64,000 bases of DNA from Octopus sinensis (taxonomy: Eukaryota), in the NCBI RefSeq assembly GCF_006345805.1, contig NC_043001.1, forward strand, positions 71,424,001-71,488,000. Reading direction: 5' to 3'. Every line of letters begins with the position of its first letter. Position 1 is the first letter of the stretch. Shown in pieces: positions 39,590 through 54,060 of this stretch. A program made the position numbers and the translations under genes. The notes under the pieces were generated by a model, which did no database searches, had not been told where the DNA came from, and worked only from the letters and a program-made list of their open reading frames with translations.

Positions 39590-39820
39590 GTACATGATTG
39601 TGTGTGTGTGTTTGTCCCCCACACCACCACCACCACCATTGCTTGACAACCGACGTTGGTGTGTTTGCGTCCCTGTAACTTAGCTTTTCAGCAGAAGAGA
39701 CTGATAGAATAGGCACTAGGCTCGCAGGGAATAAGTCCAGGGGTCAATTTCTTCGAATAAAGGGTGGTGCTCCAGCATGACCACCGTCAAATGACTGAAA
39801 CAAGTAAAAAAGAATAAAAG
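39590..39820 (+). mobile_element. SINE family 1 tail half
   Basis: attgcttgacaaccgacgttggtg...ggtgctccagcatgacc...tgactgaaacaagtaaaa. Confidence 0.85.
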
Positions 39821-40740
39821 ATTACCAGAAAAACGTTCCGAACCTCTAAATCAAGATGGTTCTCTGAATATGTACGATATATTTTAATGCTAAATAGTAA
39901 TTCTCTTTACATTTGCGTAACTGAGATATTTTGGTTGGATTATATAGTTATCGGTTTTACACTTCTTTCTATATTCTGCAACTGTCGCAATATGCTTTTC
40001 TACTGTAGGTACAACTCCTCAAATTTTTGTGGGGAGGGGCCAGTCAATTAGATCGACCCCAGTACGCCACAAAGGATACATAGTTTATGTTTATGTTATT
40101 TGGTGTTATGGCTTTCCCATAGTTCTGTCTTCATTGTTTGGTTGTAGGAGGTGACGTGTGGTTGGATTTTGTTTTTGTTGTTGTTGTAGACCTCCTCTGT
40201 TGCTGTTTATATTTATTTTTCGATCGTTTTCAGATGGTGGTGGTTGCATTCTGGGTTCAAGCACATCCTAAGTGACACAGAATTTTGGCACAGTTTCGGA
40301 TAAAAGAAAGTGCATCGATTACCTTTTGTGCACCCATATTTTGGATCAGGGCCATGGACTCTGTATTTAGGACAGTCTTTGTGGTGAAGGTGAAGGCAGT
40401 TTTTTTTTTCGGTTATACCATATGGACAGGTGACTTTAACAAGTCTACGGCATAAGGTAGGATGGAAAAAGCACAGCGTCCCTTGTTGTTGATGTCGCTG
40501 GGTCCAAATATACAGTTACCTTGAGAATGGTAACGACAGGGTTTTTGACGTGGGCATAGTAGACATTTTTCTATATTGGCAGGCTCATTGGTCAGGGGTC
40601 ATATTGTAGTAGTAGTAGTAGTAGCAGATTGTTATTGTTGTTGCTGTTGTTGCTGAAATGACTGTGAAACTTGACTTTCAACAGAAGGGCTGCGTGGAAT
40701 CAGGTCAAATAGTGGTGCCAAACATTGTGATTCCAATGTA

Positions 40741-42369
40741 CAGTTGCGGCCAAAATGTTCAGAACGGCATTGTTTTCGTCAGAAAATTAAGTATAAGTTT
40801 TTATCAAAGTTGTTTTATATTCTATAATTTTCATAGACAATAAATACGATATTATTTGTTATTGTCTGAGATTTTGGTGTAATTTTAGAGGACAATACAA
40901 AAGCTATGGATGATTTAGTGATTTACTGCAAAAACCCATGGCGGCCAAAATGATCAGAACGGTTGCGTTTAGTCCGTGTTTTAGTATATTTAACCGGCGA
41001 ACTCTAATGTTTTGAATTTGTTTACGTGACGGTTCGTTTACTAAACATTAGTAAGAATATCTGCAGTGTACTTTGTTAATATAATGCCACTTACTCCGTT
41101 ACCAATTCGTCAGCAGATTATTAAGCTTCGAAAGAAGGATAATTTAAGTATTGGGTCTATTGCAACGATTGTTAACAAGTCAAAAAGTGTTGTTCACGGT
41201 ATTCTTAAGGTCTACGATGATTGTGGCTCGTGTGAAGCAAGAAAGTCTACAGGTAGGCCAAGAAAACGACCAAGAGATAAGATCGTGCTATGGTAAAATT
41301 GGTTAAAAAGGACAGATTTAAAACTGCTGCTGCTGCTGTTTCTCGGAAAATGAGCATTGTACTAAAGAAAACTTTATCTCGAAAAACTGTGTTTCGTCGT
41401 TTAGTTGAACATGGCCTACAAGCAAGGTCACCTGCAGTGAAGCCACTGATCAGCTCCAAGAATAAAAAGTGTTGTCTTACCTTTGCAACCGAACATGTGT
41501 TGTGGTCTCAAGAAAAATGGCAAACGGTGCATTTCAGGGATGAATTTAAGTTTATGTTATTTGGCTCAGATGGGAAAAGGTATGTTCGTCGAAACGTAGG
41601 TGAAAAATTGTCGCCTAAATGCCTTAAGACTAGTGTTAAATTCGGTGGAGGAAGTGTCATGGTTTGGGGGATGATATCTGGAGATGGTGTGGGGCCCTTT
41701 GGTGAAATTACATGGAAAGGTAAATGCAGGAGTTTATAAACAACTTGTAAAAGATCATGCCTTGACTGTGCTAAGAAATACAACTAAGCGACCACCCATA
41801 TTCATGCAGGACAATGCCCCATGTCACAAGGCTGAGGTGATAATGAACTTCCTCAAGGCTGAAAAGGTTATTGTTATGGATTGGCCTGCTCAAAACCAAG
41901 ATCTCAATCCTATTGAAAATGTGTGGAATATTCTAGGAGACCGTTCGAAAGCCAGAAATCCTAAAACAACTGAGCAATTATGGAATGCCCTTCAGGAAGA
42001 ATGGAATAAGATCACCCAGCAAGAAATTGAAATTTAATTTCCTCATGCAGTCGAAGATGTCAAAGTGTGATTGAAGCTAAAGGGCTTCACACTAAATATT
42101 AAATAATTCCAGTATCCTCTGTCCTTTTTGATTATTTTGTTATATTCAACCGTTCTGATCATTTTGGCCGCCATGGGTTTTGCAGTAAATCACTAAATCA
42201 TCCATAAGTTTTGTATTATCCTCTCAAATTACACCAAACTCTCAGACAATAACAAATAATATCGTATTTATTGTCTGTGAAAATTATAGAATATAAAACA
42301 ACTTTGAAAAAACTTATACCTACTTTTCTGACGAAAACAATGCCGTTCTGAACATTTTGGCCGCAACTG
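40741..42369 (+). mobile_element. full-length Tc1 transposon (DD34E) with ~225-bp IR-DR terminal repeats
   Basis: TA flanks at 40739-40740 and 42370-42371; TIRs 40741-40965 / 42147-42369, each with outer ggccaaaatgttcagaacgg and inner ggccaaaatgatcagaacgg direct repeats. Confidence 0.97.
41084..42102 (+). pseudogene. Tc1 transposase with three frameshifts
   Basis: GRPRK, HFRDE, VKFGGGSVMVWG, FMQDNAPCH, WPAQNQDLNPIE (34 residues between D and E), C-terminus KGLHTKY*. Confidence 0.93.
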
Positions 42370-42563
42370 TAGTAGCAGTAGCAGGGTGTTGTCGTTGCGG
42401 TAGTGAGTCCTGACTTGCCTCGGTAGTTTTGGGTGGAATTAGGTCAGATAGTGATATCAATGAAGGTGTTGCTTGTTGCTGGCTATATATATATATATAT
42501 ATATAATATATATATATATATATCTATATATATATATATATATAGGGTCGTTATATATATAGG

Positions 42564-42599
<36 letters not shown>

Positions 42600-42602
42600 A
42601 AC

Positions 42603-42633
<31 letters not shown>

Positions 42634-42652
42634 TAGATATTTACACACACAC

Positions 42653-42702
<50 letters not shown>

Positions 42703-44841
42703 ATATATTATATATATATATAATATATATATATATATATACACACAGCTATATGTACACATGCACATAGAAAGATAGGGAAAGGAGAAAAAAATTTTAA
42801 AAATTGGGCAAAATCTATAAATAACAGAAAAACTATTATAAGGGAATGAAATTCTTATATATAAGGTTAAATGTTATTGAGGGGAAAGTGAATTGGAAAA
42901 AGAAATTAAATTAAAGTTGTGAGAAAGTCGGGGGATGATGAATGTAAACAGTAGCGTCACAAGTGTATTTTATTTCATATTGGATTTATGGAGGTAGGAG
43001 AGAAGAATATAAAGGAAGTTGACAATATCTATTTATGTGTTCTATAATTATGACCTATTGTTAGTGATTCATATTTTTTATGTGACTATGTTTGTGCGTT
43101 GGTCGGTGTACAATTATTTTCGTAAGTTTAACTTAGTGTGTGTATGTGTTTGTATGTGTGTGTAGTAAAATGTTTTATTTATTTATCTATTTTGAAAAGA
43201 TAGTGAAAAATAATCAGTTGAAGACTTCTTTAAAAAATTCTCAAACTATGTATCATGCTTAATGTAAATACATTGCTGAAAAGAAAATTTACTGCGTTAT
43301 TTGCCGGGAGGTAACATCTGTTATGGACGTGCAGTGTTTAAAACACACTGTATATACCGGAGAGAGATGAAACAGATCCCAGCAGCATCCATTCACACCC
43401 CACCACATACTTAGAGGAAATTTTTGTAATCTCACTAATTTTGTAATCTTTTTGTCCTGTTTGTTCCGCCATTAAAACAACGTGTTTGCTCAGACAGCCG
43501 GCACATACCATTTCGCTACCAACAAGGAGAGTACAGAATGACAGTCAGCCAAAACCGTCGCTATGCTGTCTCTCTTCTTTCCTCTCTCTGTCTCTCTCGT
43601 GATGCCCGATTACACTTGGAGTTGTATATATTTTGTGTTAAGATTCGTTATCAATCAATTATCTTTATTGAGAAGAAAGAGTCAAAAGTAACCACCAAAC
43701 ATCTCCACTACTTAACACCGTCCAAGTCGGGGTTGATAATCTTTAGTTACAGTTTCTCATTCAAACTACATAATAGGCAGAATTGTCGGATTAAGACTGT
43801 AAGGTGTTTTGAGGTATATCTGGCTGCTATTTCTATTAGGTCTAGATACCATGTAGAGGTCTCACTCATTGGCTCATACATACATATATACATGAAATCG
43901 AAATAAAATACTTAAAGCAACAGTCGTCATATACAAATGCCAAGGTAATGCAGTGTCATGGACCAAATAAATTTCGGATTTCTTGCTTAATGCGAACCCA
44001 GAGCAATCTCTTATCTCTTACACTATTTCAGTATTACGTCTCTATTGTGATGTGAGATAATACTTTCAGTTTGAAAGAAGTCTGACCTATATATATATTC
44101 CTTATGCATTCCAAAACCGAATTACAGATTTTCAGTAATATTCCGGCTACACATTAAACTTAATTTACATTCACATATTTGCATTTCAAAAATTTAACAT
44201 AATAATCTTCTCCATAAATCAACTATTGTAAACGTTTTATACGATGACGTCACATTTTCTATATGTGTGTGTACCTTAAAAGACATCAATCATCACGACA
44301 CACGCATAAACTCTCTCACACTCTTTTTTACTTTCTTCCTCTCTCTCTCTCTCACACACACCACGCGTCCATTTCATATAGAGTTTCTTTCTCTGTCCTT
44401 TTAGGTTTCTCTTTTTTCAATTTCTGCACTCTTCAAATAATTTTTTACGGAATAAGCAGAAAAGGCGTAATCTCTCCAGAAACAAGTATAACGCAAGGAT
44501 TGTGAAAAAAACGAAGGCAAGAGTCTGAAGAGAGATGAGATTTCTCAAGATCAGCAAATGCATGTTGCAGTACTTAATACTGGATCATTAAATCAATGTT
44601 TTAATGATTAGACAGAGGTCCAGTAGAATAGCTCTCAGAAACAGACTACGTACAAAATCGTTCTTCACAACTCCTGGAGCTGTTTTCAGATATGATCCAT
44701 TCCATTCTTATAAAAATGAAACGCTGTCCAAATTGGTGTGCTAAACACAAATTATTGTTTCTGTAGAGCTTTAAAATTTTCAAATGAATCAAATGGTGTG
44801 TGCTACTCAGGCGGTCATGTAACACTGCCAGCATTGCCAGT

Positions 44842-44883
<42 letters not shown>

Positions 44884-44932
44884 CAATAATAAAACTTAGA
44901 GCTAGTTATAAACAGAGTAGCTGCAACACATC

Positions 44933-45157
44933 GTGACGTATATTTGCCATTTAAATATGGCTAACCTCTAAGGGTGGATGCTACTGTAGTTTGTAGCCCC
45001 AAGAGAACACCTCCTCCAGCTGGCTTTAGACACACTTTTTAAAAGTTGTCTAAAGTGTGCCTAAAGCCAGCTGGAGGAGGTGTCCTCCTGGGGCTACAAA
45101 CTACAGTAGCATCCACCCTTAGGGGTTAGCCATATTTAAATGGCAAATATACGTCAC
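44933..45157. repeat. 225-bp fold-back palindrome (~107-bp arms, 13-nt loop, 4 mismatches)
   Basis: gtgacgtatatttgccatttaaatatggctaacc...ctggctttagacacacttt / aaagtgtgcctaaagccag...ggttagccatatttaaatggcaaatatacgtcac. Confidence 0.97.
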
Positions 45158-45208
45158 TATATATATATATATATATATATCATATATATCATACACATCA
45201 TATATATG

Positions 45209-46085
45209 CAGTGTACAATGGGTAAATTGTTGCCATTTTACATTTTCAATTTCGTGCATGTGCATTGTTGTTTTTTCTATTTTGTCGACTACACAGTATA
45301 ATAAAGTCGGTTGAACAACGTCTGTGAGAAACACAACACCATGAAGCAATTCATTCTGCCAGAAATTTGGAAAGGATATACTGTACTACCTGACATTCGC
45401 ACCGGAAGATCCAGTACAAAAACTTCACACTGTTGAGTGTCAATGCGTGTCCTCAAAACAAGTACCGAGAGTGATAAAAATCAAACATCCAGTCAACATT
45501 ATGGTGTTCTGGGTGATCACTAATGATGGCGAAGTTATGCTTCCATTCATCTTCCCACACGACCACACATTCAACACGGAGGCCTACATCAAATGTCTTA
45601 AGGTGGTAGTGTTGCCCTGGGTCAACAGGGTGGCTTCTTGAAGACCTTATGTCTATCAACAGGACTCTGCACCATGCCACACAAGCAGGAGAACCCTTCC
45701 ATGGCTGTCAGACAATTTCTACGACCCCATCACCCTTAACATCTCGTCACCTAACACCCCAGACTACAAACCCCTTGATTATTATGAGTGGGGTGCAGTT
45801 GAAGAGAGACCAAAGAAAACTTGAGACGCCAAAGATGAACAAAAAGCAAGGATTATGGCAGTATTCAACAAACAAGGTGACCATCCAGAAAATTTGCGGG
45901 AGAGTCTGAACTCGTGTGGAGGCCGTGATTGATGCCGATGGCGATTTTATTGAATAAATTTACTTTTTAATATTTCCAGATGTTTTATGTAATTTTGGTA
46001 AATATGTATGTTAAAATCATATGTCTGTTATTTTCATTTTATTTTTTTTGCGTAATTTAGATGACAATTCATTCCCCGCACCCTA
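45209..46085 (+). mobile_element. internally deleted maT (DD37D) transposon, same family as 17265-18534
   Basis: QQDSAPCHTSRRTLPWLSDNFYDPITLNISSPNTPDYKPLDYY gives 37 residues between the D residues; UTRs and ends match the 17265 copy; ~400 bp of the N-terminal half missing. Confidence 0.88.
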
Positions 46086-46087
46086 CA

Positions 46088-46232
<145 letters not shown>

Positions 46233-46259
46233 TATCATATATATATTATACATCAAAAA

Positions 46260-47125
46260 CAGGGTGTTTCAAAACATTTTATATCATTTCGCAATCTAAT
46301 AACTTTGCCAGTTCTTGCTCAAATGACTTCAAATTTTAACTGTATGTGCAGAAATAGGTCAAAATGTTGTGTTTAATGTTTGATATATTTATCTTTTCAG
46401 ATATAGAAATGGCATTCACTAGGAGAGAAAAGGCGTTTTGTATGTTGGAGTGTGCTCGAACACAATTCAAATAAGACTGTGCAGCGTGAATTTATGAGAG
46501 AGACTCTAAAAAGTCACCAACGACAATGCAGATTTGGACATGGCACAAAAAATTCAAAGAGGCAGGCCCATTTTTTTTTCTTTTGAGGGAAATGTAACCA
46601 GCGAAGTTTATCTGCAAATGCTTCAGAACTGGCTAATGGATGAGCTCATTGCAAATGAAAATGAAGACGGGGCTCCACCTCACTGGCTGCGAAGGAGATA
46701 GATCGGGCGTACTGGTGATGAAGACAATGTGCTATTGAAATGGCCGCCATGTTCACCTGACATGACACCTTGCGATTTTTTTCTCTGGGGCTATGTGAAG
46801 GGCCAGGTTCATGTTCCACCTCTTCCTGCAAACCAAGAGGAACTCAAGCAGATAATCACTAACACACTGGAGACTGTTAACAAGATAGGCTACGGTATGT
46901 CTGGGAGAAGCTGAACGACCGACTGTGTGCCGTGTCTTGGGCGGTGCATATATTGAACATTTGTGAAATTGTTCATGGAATCCACATACCTTTGAACATA
47001 TTCAAATTTAGAGGAGCAAATCATATATTGCTCAACATTAAGCCTGTTTAGTTTCATTTGCTTTGACTGTGTAGTTTCTGAGATATTTACATCTCAAATG
47101 ATATCAACATTTTCGAAACACTCTG
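46260..47125 (+). mobile_element. internally deleted rosa-like (DD41D-type) transposon
   Basis: ~30-bp TIRs cagggtgtttcaaaacattttatatcattt / aaatgatatcaacattttcgaaacactctg; peptides GPFFF, DGAPPHW, KWPPCSPDMTPCDFFLWGYVKG, GGAYIEHL*; D-D spacing not countable because of deletions. Confidence 0.8.
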
Positions 47126-47152
47126 TATATATTTAATATATATATATATGAC

Positions 47153-47211
<59 letters not shown>

Positions 47212-47682
47212 GCATACCGTGTGTGACAGTACGTAATATGGTATATAATATGGTATATTAAAATACCGACAAAAAGAACTAACATACGGTTTTATAAGAA
47301 TGAAAACATATTTGTTACAAAGTATATAAATGAAAAAAAACTAATATTTACAAAGAATATAAATTTAAATATGTATATATATTTATTGACAGAACTATAA
47401 ATATTTATATAATATGTAACTTAAAATTATACAAGGTATAAAAAAACTTGTATATACTTGGACGAGAATTTAAATTTAATTAATAATCTATATTAAATCT
47501 TATTTTAAATAATATCGTTAAATAACATACGCAAGTGTAAACAAAATAAGAAACATAAGCTTATACATGTATTTCCGTGTAGCTTAGTGCAGCATATATT
47601 TTTTTTCATATATATATATATATATATTCAAACTCATGCATTGTTATAAAATATAATTTTGGACATGTATATATATATATAT

Positions 47683-47724
<42 letters not shown>

Positions 47725-47756
47725 TAATATATAATATTATATACATATACATATAT

Positions 47757-47908
<152 letters not shown>

Positions 47909-48094
47909 GACACTTATACACACATGCATACATATAAATGTATATTTGTGGGTGGGCGTGGATGTGCGTGTGTGTGTATCATGACAAATAAAAAGAATGG
48001 AGCGAACAAGTCATTTTACTACTTCAATTGACGTAGTTTTCATTTGAATTCAAAACAATCAGCCTTATCACAATACATAATGATATATACACCT

Positions 48095-48215
48095 ATGTGT
48101 AGCCGCGTAGTTTAATTTTCAGAGTGTGGTTTCGATTCCTGGATCGGACAACGCGTTGTGTTCGTAAGCAAAATACGCCAGTCCTCTCAGCTGGCAAAAT
48201 CCCTGCGACAGCCCG
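48095..48215 (+). mobile_element. SINE family 3 head, diverged
   Basis: ggtttcgattcctggatcggacaacgcgttgtgttc matches the 22755 copy. Confidence 0.65.
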
Positions 48216-48858
48216 TGATATCAGCAACAGGATTTTACCTTTTGTTTTATTAACCATTAGGACACTGTTGGGGAATCATGTTACCGTATGAGCTTTCTCC
48301 TCTTTAGTAACAGGACAGGGGCAGGGGAAACAGTTCTAGAGAAAATACAATGTACTAAATGTTAAATAGATGGTAATTTTGTTGAATTGTTAAGCAAACG
48401 AACGTCTGGGCAGTAGGCTTCGATCGATAGGTTCGACATCAGTCATCTCTACGGACATCAACCGTTCATATACACACGCACACACACAAGTATGCATAAG
48501 TGATACATACTCACAGATACCCGTAATATCTTACTTGCCCTGTCTTTCATATTGAGGAGAATTTATTTAAATGGAAAATGATCCATAAATTTATATACAT
48601 ATACATTTAAATGAGTAATATGCTGAGCATATACATATAAATGTATATACATATACATTTAAATGAGTAATATAATGAGCATATACGCTGAGACTTAAGT
48701 ATAGAGTTTCATATTTATACTTCGCCTGCATACTCTGTTAGTTTCATTTTCTTTCCTAGCGACGATCTCTCGCTCTCTCGCTCTCTCTTTCTAACCCTCT
48801 CTGTCTCTCTCTGTCCCTCTCTCTGTCTTTGTTTTTCTCCTTGTCACTCTCTCTCCCA

Positions 48859-48913
<55 letters not shown>

Positions 48914-49448
48914 TCTCTCTTATTCTACGCTGCCTTTATTGAATTGGTTTCATTAAAATAAGTTATTGTAAAGTGTTAGATTTTTCAGAATATTTGTGCA
49001 AAAGTTTACACTACATCTATTTATCATAACAACATTACATAAAAATGTTATATTTCAATATTCAATCAGTCATTCACAAATGTGTATAATACAATTTATA
49101 TACTCCACTATTTGTTTCCACATTACAATTTTTCAATTCAACATACACTAGCAGAAACCCCACCGCTGGACGGTATCTAGAACTCGTAATCTTTTTTTTT
49201 TAATTTTACAAAAATATTTTTCAAAAACTGTAACTATATCAAGAATAACTTACCTAAAATATCATATGCACCTGTGTATATATATACCTGTATGTGTGTG
49301 AGAGAGAGAGAGAGAGAGAGAGTGAGTGAGTGTATATATGTGTGGGGGGGAGTGTGTGTATAATATATACATGCTTATAAATATAAGTATGTATATATAT
49401 ATAAATATATATATATATGTATATATACATATATATACATATATATAC

Positions 49449-49483
<35 letters not shown>

Positions 49484-49626
49484 TGAATATATATTTATAT
49501 AATGATATATTATAATAATAATAATATATATACTCCGGTTTTAAGCGACATTTTTATATATACGCATTTGACTTCTATAGTCGTTCTATCACCGTACTTT
49601 ATAAACCCTTCGGGTTTGTTTATAAG

Positions 49627-49715
<89 letters not shown>

Positions 49716-49974
49716 TTATAAAGAACCCATGTAATAGGATTTGACTACACCTCCATTTAGAACACAGTTTAAGCTATCTTTTCGTGGAAGGTTTATGTTT
49801 CTATAACCTGTGTTAATTCTGTAACCCTTTAAAATTGAAGATAAGAAAGTTCATTTTAGGTACTTGGTGCTTTTCTTTTTCTGTAAAAAGGAAGATGTTC
49901 ATAACGTAAAGGTGGACGAAATGCTGCCAAGTATTTTCCTCCAGCGTGGTAACGATACAGTCAATTCGACGCCT

Positions 49975-50049
49975 TAATGATGATGATGATGATGATGATG
50001 ATGATATTAATGATAATAATAATGATGATGATGATGATAATAATAATAA

Positions 50050-50080
<31 letters not shown>

Positions 50081-50160
50081 AAGAAGAAGAAGAAGAAGAA
50101 GAAGAAGAAGAAGAAGAAGAAGAAGAAGAAGAAGAAGAAGAAGAAGAAGAAGAATGATAA
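49975..50160 (+). repeat. compound trinucleotide tract (GAT)n(AAT)n(AAG)n
   Basis: direct reading. Confidence 0.95.
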
Positions 50161-50161
50161 T

Positions 50162-50660
50162 GATGCACCAGCTAGTGGCTCTCATGGCTTCAGATCTTTA
50201 CTGATTGGAGGTGTTATCATGTACATTGCTGTGTCTTGGTGTAAAAGATGGGCTACAGCAAATATTCTGCTCAATCCCACAGATTTGCTTGTCAATTGTT
50301 TGACCTTAACCAGATGAGCATGTCCTTTGGTGGCTGACGACATATGAATCTCTGATCACGAGCAGAAGTAGTTGAGGAGCATCATAGCCATGTGTTGAGA
50401 GGAATTCTATTGAGTTTGAATAATTCACCTCTGGAAACACGGGTGTTTCGGTCAACATCTTTAATCAATCCTTATTCAAGGACCATTTAAGTGGGATAGG
50501 CTACTCAACCTTAAGAAAATCGCTGTTTATCTTGATATAAGATCATCATGTTACGTACATATGGTTATGATGCATGTGCCTGTGTAGTCATGATCGGTTT
50601 ACCGGGCTTTTATATTTTATTCCAGTGTCAATTTAATGGCATGCTGTACTTTCTCACTCA
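50162..50660 (+). mobile_element. non-coding TAA-associated element C (also 55209-55292 and, inverted, 62575-63130)
   Basis: gtggctctcatggcttcagatc...ggcatgc..tactttctcactca followed by (TAA)n; reverse complement of 62575-63130. Confidence 0.8.
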
Positions 50661-50662
50661 GT

Positions 50663-50724
<62 letters not shown>

Positions 50725-51052
50725 TAATTCCTAATTTTGGCACTAGGCCCATAAAGTCAGTAACCATTAGGTGTAGAGAGCAAAAAATAAACTCATCAAA
50801 GGTCAAATGTGTGAATATATTTCGGCTCCAAGTATTTTAATATACTCTACTTAGTCTAGCGGTGGCATGAACTTTAAAATATCTCACATACTCTTGCTGA
50901 CACATATAAATAAGTATTGTGTAATGTTTACACACACACACACATACACACACAAACATATACATGTATATGCATGTTATACTATATATGTATGTAAATA
51001 TACATATATATTTATGTACATATATATATGTATATATATATATATATGTATA

Positions 51053-51148
<96 letters not shown>

Positions 51149-51399
51149 GTTTGCACGGTATTCTCTGTGTGTGTTTGTATGTACATGTATGTGTGAATGA
51201 TTGTGTTTATATATGCATGTATATATATACATATATATGTATATGTACATGTATATATATATATATGTGTGTACATATATATAAATGTACACACACATAC
51301 ACACACACTCACACATATATATGTATGTATGTGTGTATATATAATTAGCTGTGTATATTCTGCGAATATATTACTAAAGCTATCAATATGTATTCTGAA

Positions 51400-52030
51400 G
51401 CCACTGCAACTTACTAAACATTTAAATAGATTCCATTCCGGATATTTGAGCAGCATCGGTAAAGTGAAGTTGAGATAACACAACATTTGAACCTGCCAAG
51501 TTTGTCTGTAAGCAAAGGAAATAGAATTCTTGATGATGTATTCTCTTTCCTATTGACGAAATTTTATTTTTATGTTTCAATCAGCATATCAAAGAAATCA
51601 CTTCCTTGTTGTTCAGCCATGCATTGCTTATTGAAGATAACTTCATTTGCAGTTGTCTTCGGAAAACATATTCTATTTTAAATCATGTTTAAGTAATCTT
51701 TCATTTCCTGACGAATGTAATTCTTAACTTTTAACTTGCATAATCTTCTCTGAAAGGTTCAGCAGTTGTAGATCATTTATTTTTATCAGAGACAAGGCAA
51801 CTATACATAACATTAAAAAAATAATGTTCAGTTGAACAGAATGCAGTGTATTTCTGGTACCTATTGCTTCCATAGGACCCAAGAAGAAAACCATAACTTT
51901 GGTAATATATAAAATCTGAACAGATGATGTTCAAGCTAAATATTGGTTTCTTGTTTGAGATTAGGTACAAAATCAACACTGGTGTTTGAAATGAGCTCCA
52001 GTATATTACCGTATTTAGTTGACCACAGGG
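51400..52030 (-). pseudogene. possible decayed Penelope-type RT fragment
   Basis: FIYYQSYGFLLGS, FFDMLIET, SLYRCCSN occur in the order of Penelope RT motifs but are heavily degenerate. Confidence 0.4.
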
Positions 52031-52309
52031 CACTATAGACTTAAGTCAAATTCACCTGACAAGATGATAGTGTTAAATGAAAGTGTGTAAGTCATTTACG
52101 CTTACAATCATCTCTTCGGACCCTAGCTTCTGAGTAATGACATCTCTTCAATCATCCTCTTCAATACAAAGCTATAAATGATTAATGTTTATTCAAAAGT
52201 AACCACTATTTATCATGGACGAATAATTAAAGAAAGAAATTAAGAAAGAAATTAAGAAAGAATTTAAAATGAGTTCATATAAATGCTATATTTTAGTAAT
52301 AGCTACTAA

Positions 52310-52500
52310 GAGTAGTAGTTTGGCAGAAGTATTAGAGAATGGGGATAAAGTGCCATCGATATTTCCTTATCTATCTTTAAGTTCAAATCTCGAGAACTTC
52401 AGCTTCGCATTTCATCTTTTCTGGGTCGATAAAATAAACTATTAAGGTCGATATTATTGATTATTCCCATTCAAATACCAAAAGTTATGGCCTTTTATCT
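52310..52500 (+). mobile_element. SINE family 2, highly diverged
   Basis: tttggcagaag...aagttcaaatc...tttcatcttttctgggtcgataaaataa. Confidence 0.5.
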
Positions 52501-53399
52501 ATATTATAAACTGACTGTCACCAGCAAGAATATGAAGATAAAACAACTCATTATATCATTATCTTGTTTACATATTACCATCATGAGTTTTCTTGTTTAT
52601 ATATTTCTATTTTAAGATTTATAATAATTTAAAAGACTTGTCTTTCATCGCTAATCGTCACTAGTTTTAGAATATTTATTTTGTATTACTGTATAAGATA
52701 GTATCTTTGTTATATTACTATTTCCATATGACAATTCCCTTATAAAACAGATTACTATTTCTGCATATCTTTTATTTCATTTTTATAAAGGAATATCTTT
52801 TTATTTTAAAGTTTATATTCGAAACATTTGCTGTCAAATTGTTGTTTGCTTTTGGTTTTGAATTTAGCAGATAATATTTCTTGGTAAACTTCACCATATT
52901 TTCGAATTAATTATTTAGAGTGATCGAAGTGATCGAATCATCTGCGATTATTAAAGCTATCGTTTTCAAATCATTATTTATATTTATTTTCGTAACAGTA
53001 ATAAAATACGTAAACATTATATCGAGCCTAAATAGCAGAGTTTAAATTCCTATAGGAAGATTATATTCTTACAAAGATATACACTAATATACATACATAA
53101 ACAGATACACATGCACAAACATGATAAAGTAGATAAAAATTCCCCGACAACAATTCATGATTCTGAATGCTTCAGAAATGCACAATCTTTCCAAGTTTTA
53201 AAATTTATGTAACCAAACAACGGATCAAGCATTTGTCATATGCCAGAGTGAAGAGCATTCAATATAATGACAATAGAGTTAAATTACGTATATTCTACAA
53301 TTATAGAAAACGTGTGAAACCAATGTTGTTACTTATATTAAGTGCGCTAAATGAGATTGAATATATGAGGTAAGACATGTTGAAGTTATCCAACATTTT

Positions 53400-53720
53400 C
53401 TCCTGAACTGAAAGAACTGTTCTTAAATATATTGGCGTAAGAATCGCTATAGAAGTGTTGGGTGTCCGTTTAGATCTGAGTAATGTACAAGCCTTCAGAA
53501 AATCAAGTATAGAGCTCATTTACATGTACAAGTAATGCTACTCGCCTATAGTCTTTTATAATAGTGAATCATTTGAAACAAAATTATATAAAAAAGAAAT
53601 TTATTCTCGAATCCACCCAAATAATCAACTTCTTGGACATCATATTGAACTTGGAGAAAGCAGCATACTACACGTATATAGAAACAACCAGCGGCAAAAT
53701 AAAATACATTCACGATTTCT
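53400..53720 (+). pseudogene. decayed Penelope-type RT fragment
   Basis: QIINFLDIILNLEKAAYYTYIETTSGKIKYIH at ~53618-53713 matches the Penelope NFLD.TLNL...Y..Y.K......YIH block. Confidence 0.55.
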
Positions 53721-53754
53721 CTAACCAAAGAAAATTATAAATAATCTAGTCCAT

Positions 53755-54060
53755 AGAATGAGTGGCACAAGAGGTAGGTGGAAAACGACAACTCTGAACA
53801 TTGCGAGAAAACAAATGTCCATCTATTATGATCATATCCGAAGAGGCAGAGGCCTGGAAAACATTATTATGGAAGGAAGAGTAGACAGTAGTAGACCAAG
53901 TGGCAGGCAAAAACGCAATGGATGGACAATATCACGAGTTGGTTGGGCAAGAGTGACAAGGCAGCTGGATGACTCGTGATTAATCAGGAAGAATACCGTT
54001 GTAGTGTCATCAATGCGCTTCAGACATACGATACGCGTACGATGCATGACAACGACAAGC
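53755..54060 (+). pseudogene. RTE-clade LINE 3' end
   Basis: ARKQMSIYYDHIRRGRGLENIIMEGRVDSSRPSGRQK / MDNITSW, a typical RTE C-terminus. Confidence 0.75.

Noticed and set aside
40080-40600. Possible RLE-LINE 3' fragment on the minus strand
   Set aside because: Too degenerate to identify motifs confidently
43380-43900. Repeat-poor segment that looks like a promoter or 5' UTR (similarly 37620-37880)
   Set aside because: Impression from composition only; no ORF, splice pair or expression data
44245-44252. Full CRE palindrome TGACGTCA; also YY1-like caagatggcg at 27865 and its complement at 14679
   Set aside because: Isolated short motifs are expected by chance or within repeats; no TSS evidence
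48585-48688. 52-bp unit repeated twice (also a ~40-bp pair at 37893-37983 and a 12-bp x3 at ~52228)
   Set aside because: Ordinary local slippage duplications, not CRISPR-like: no unique spacers and eukaryotic context
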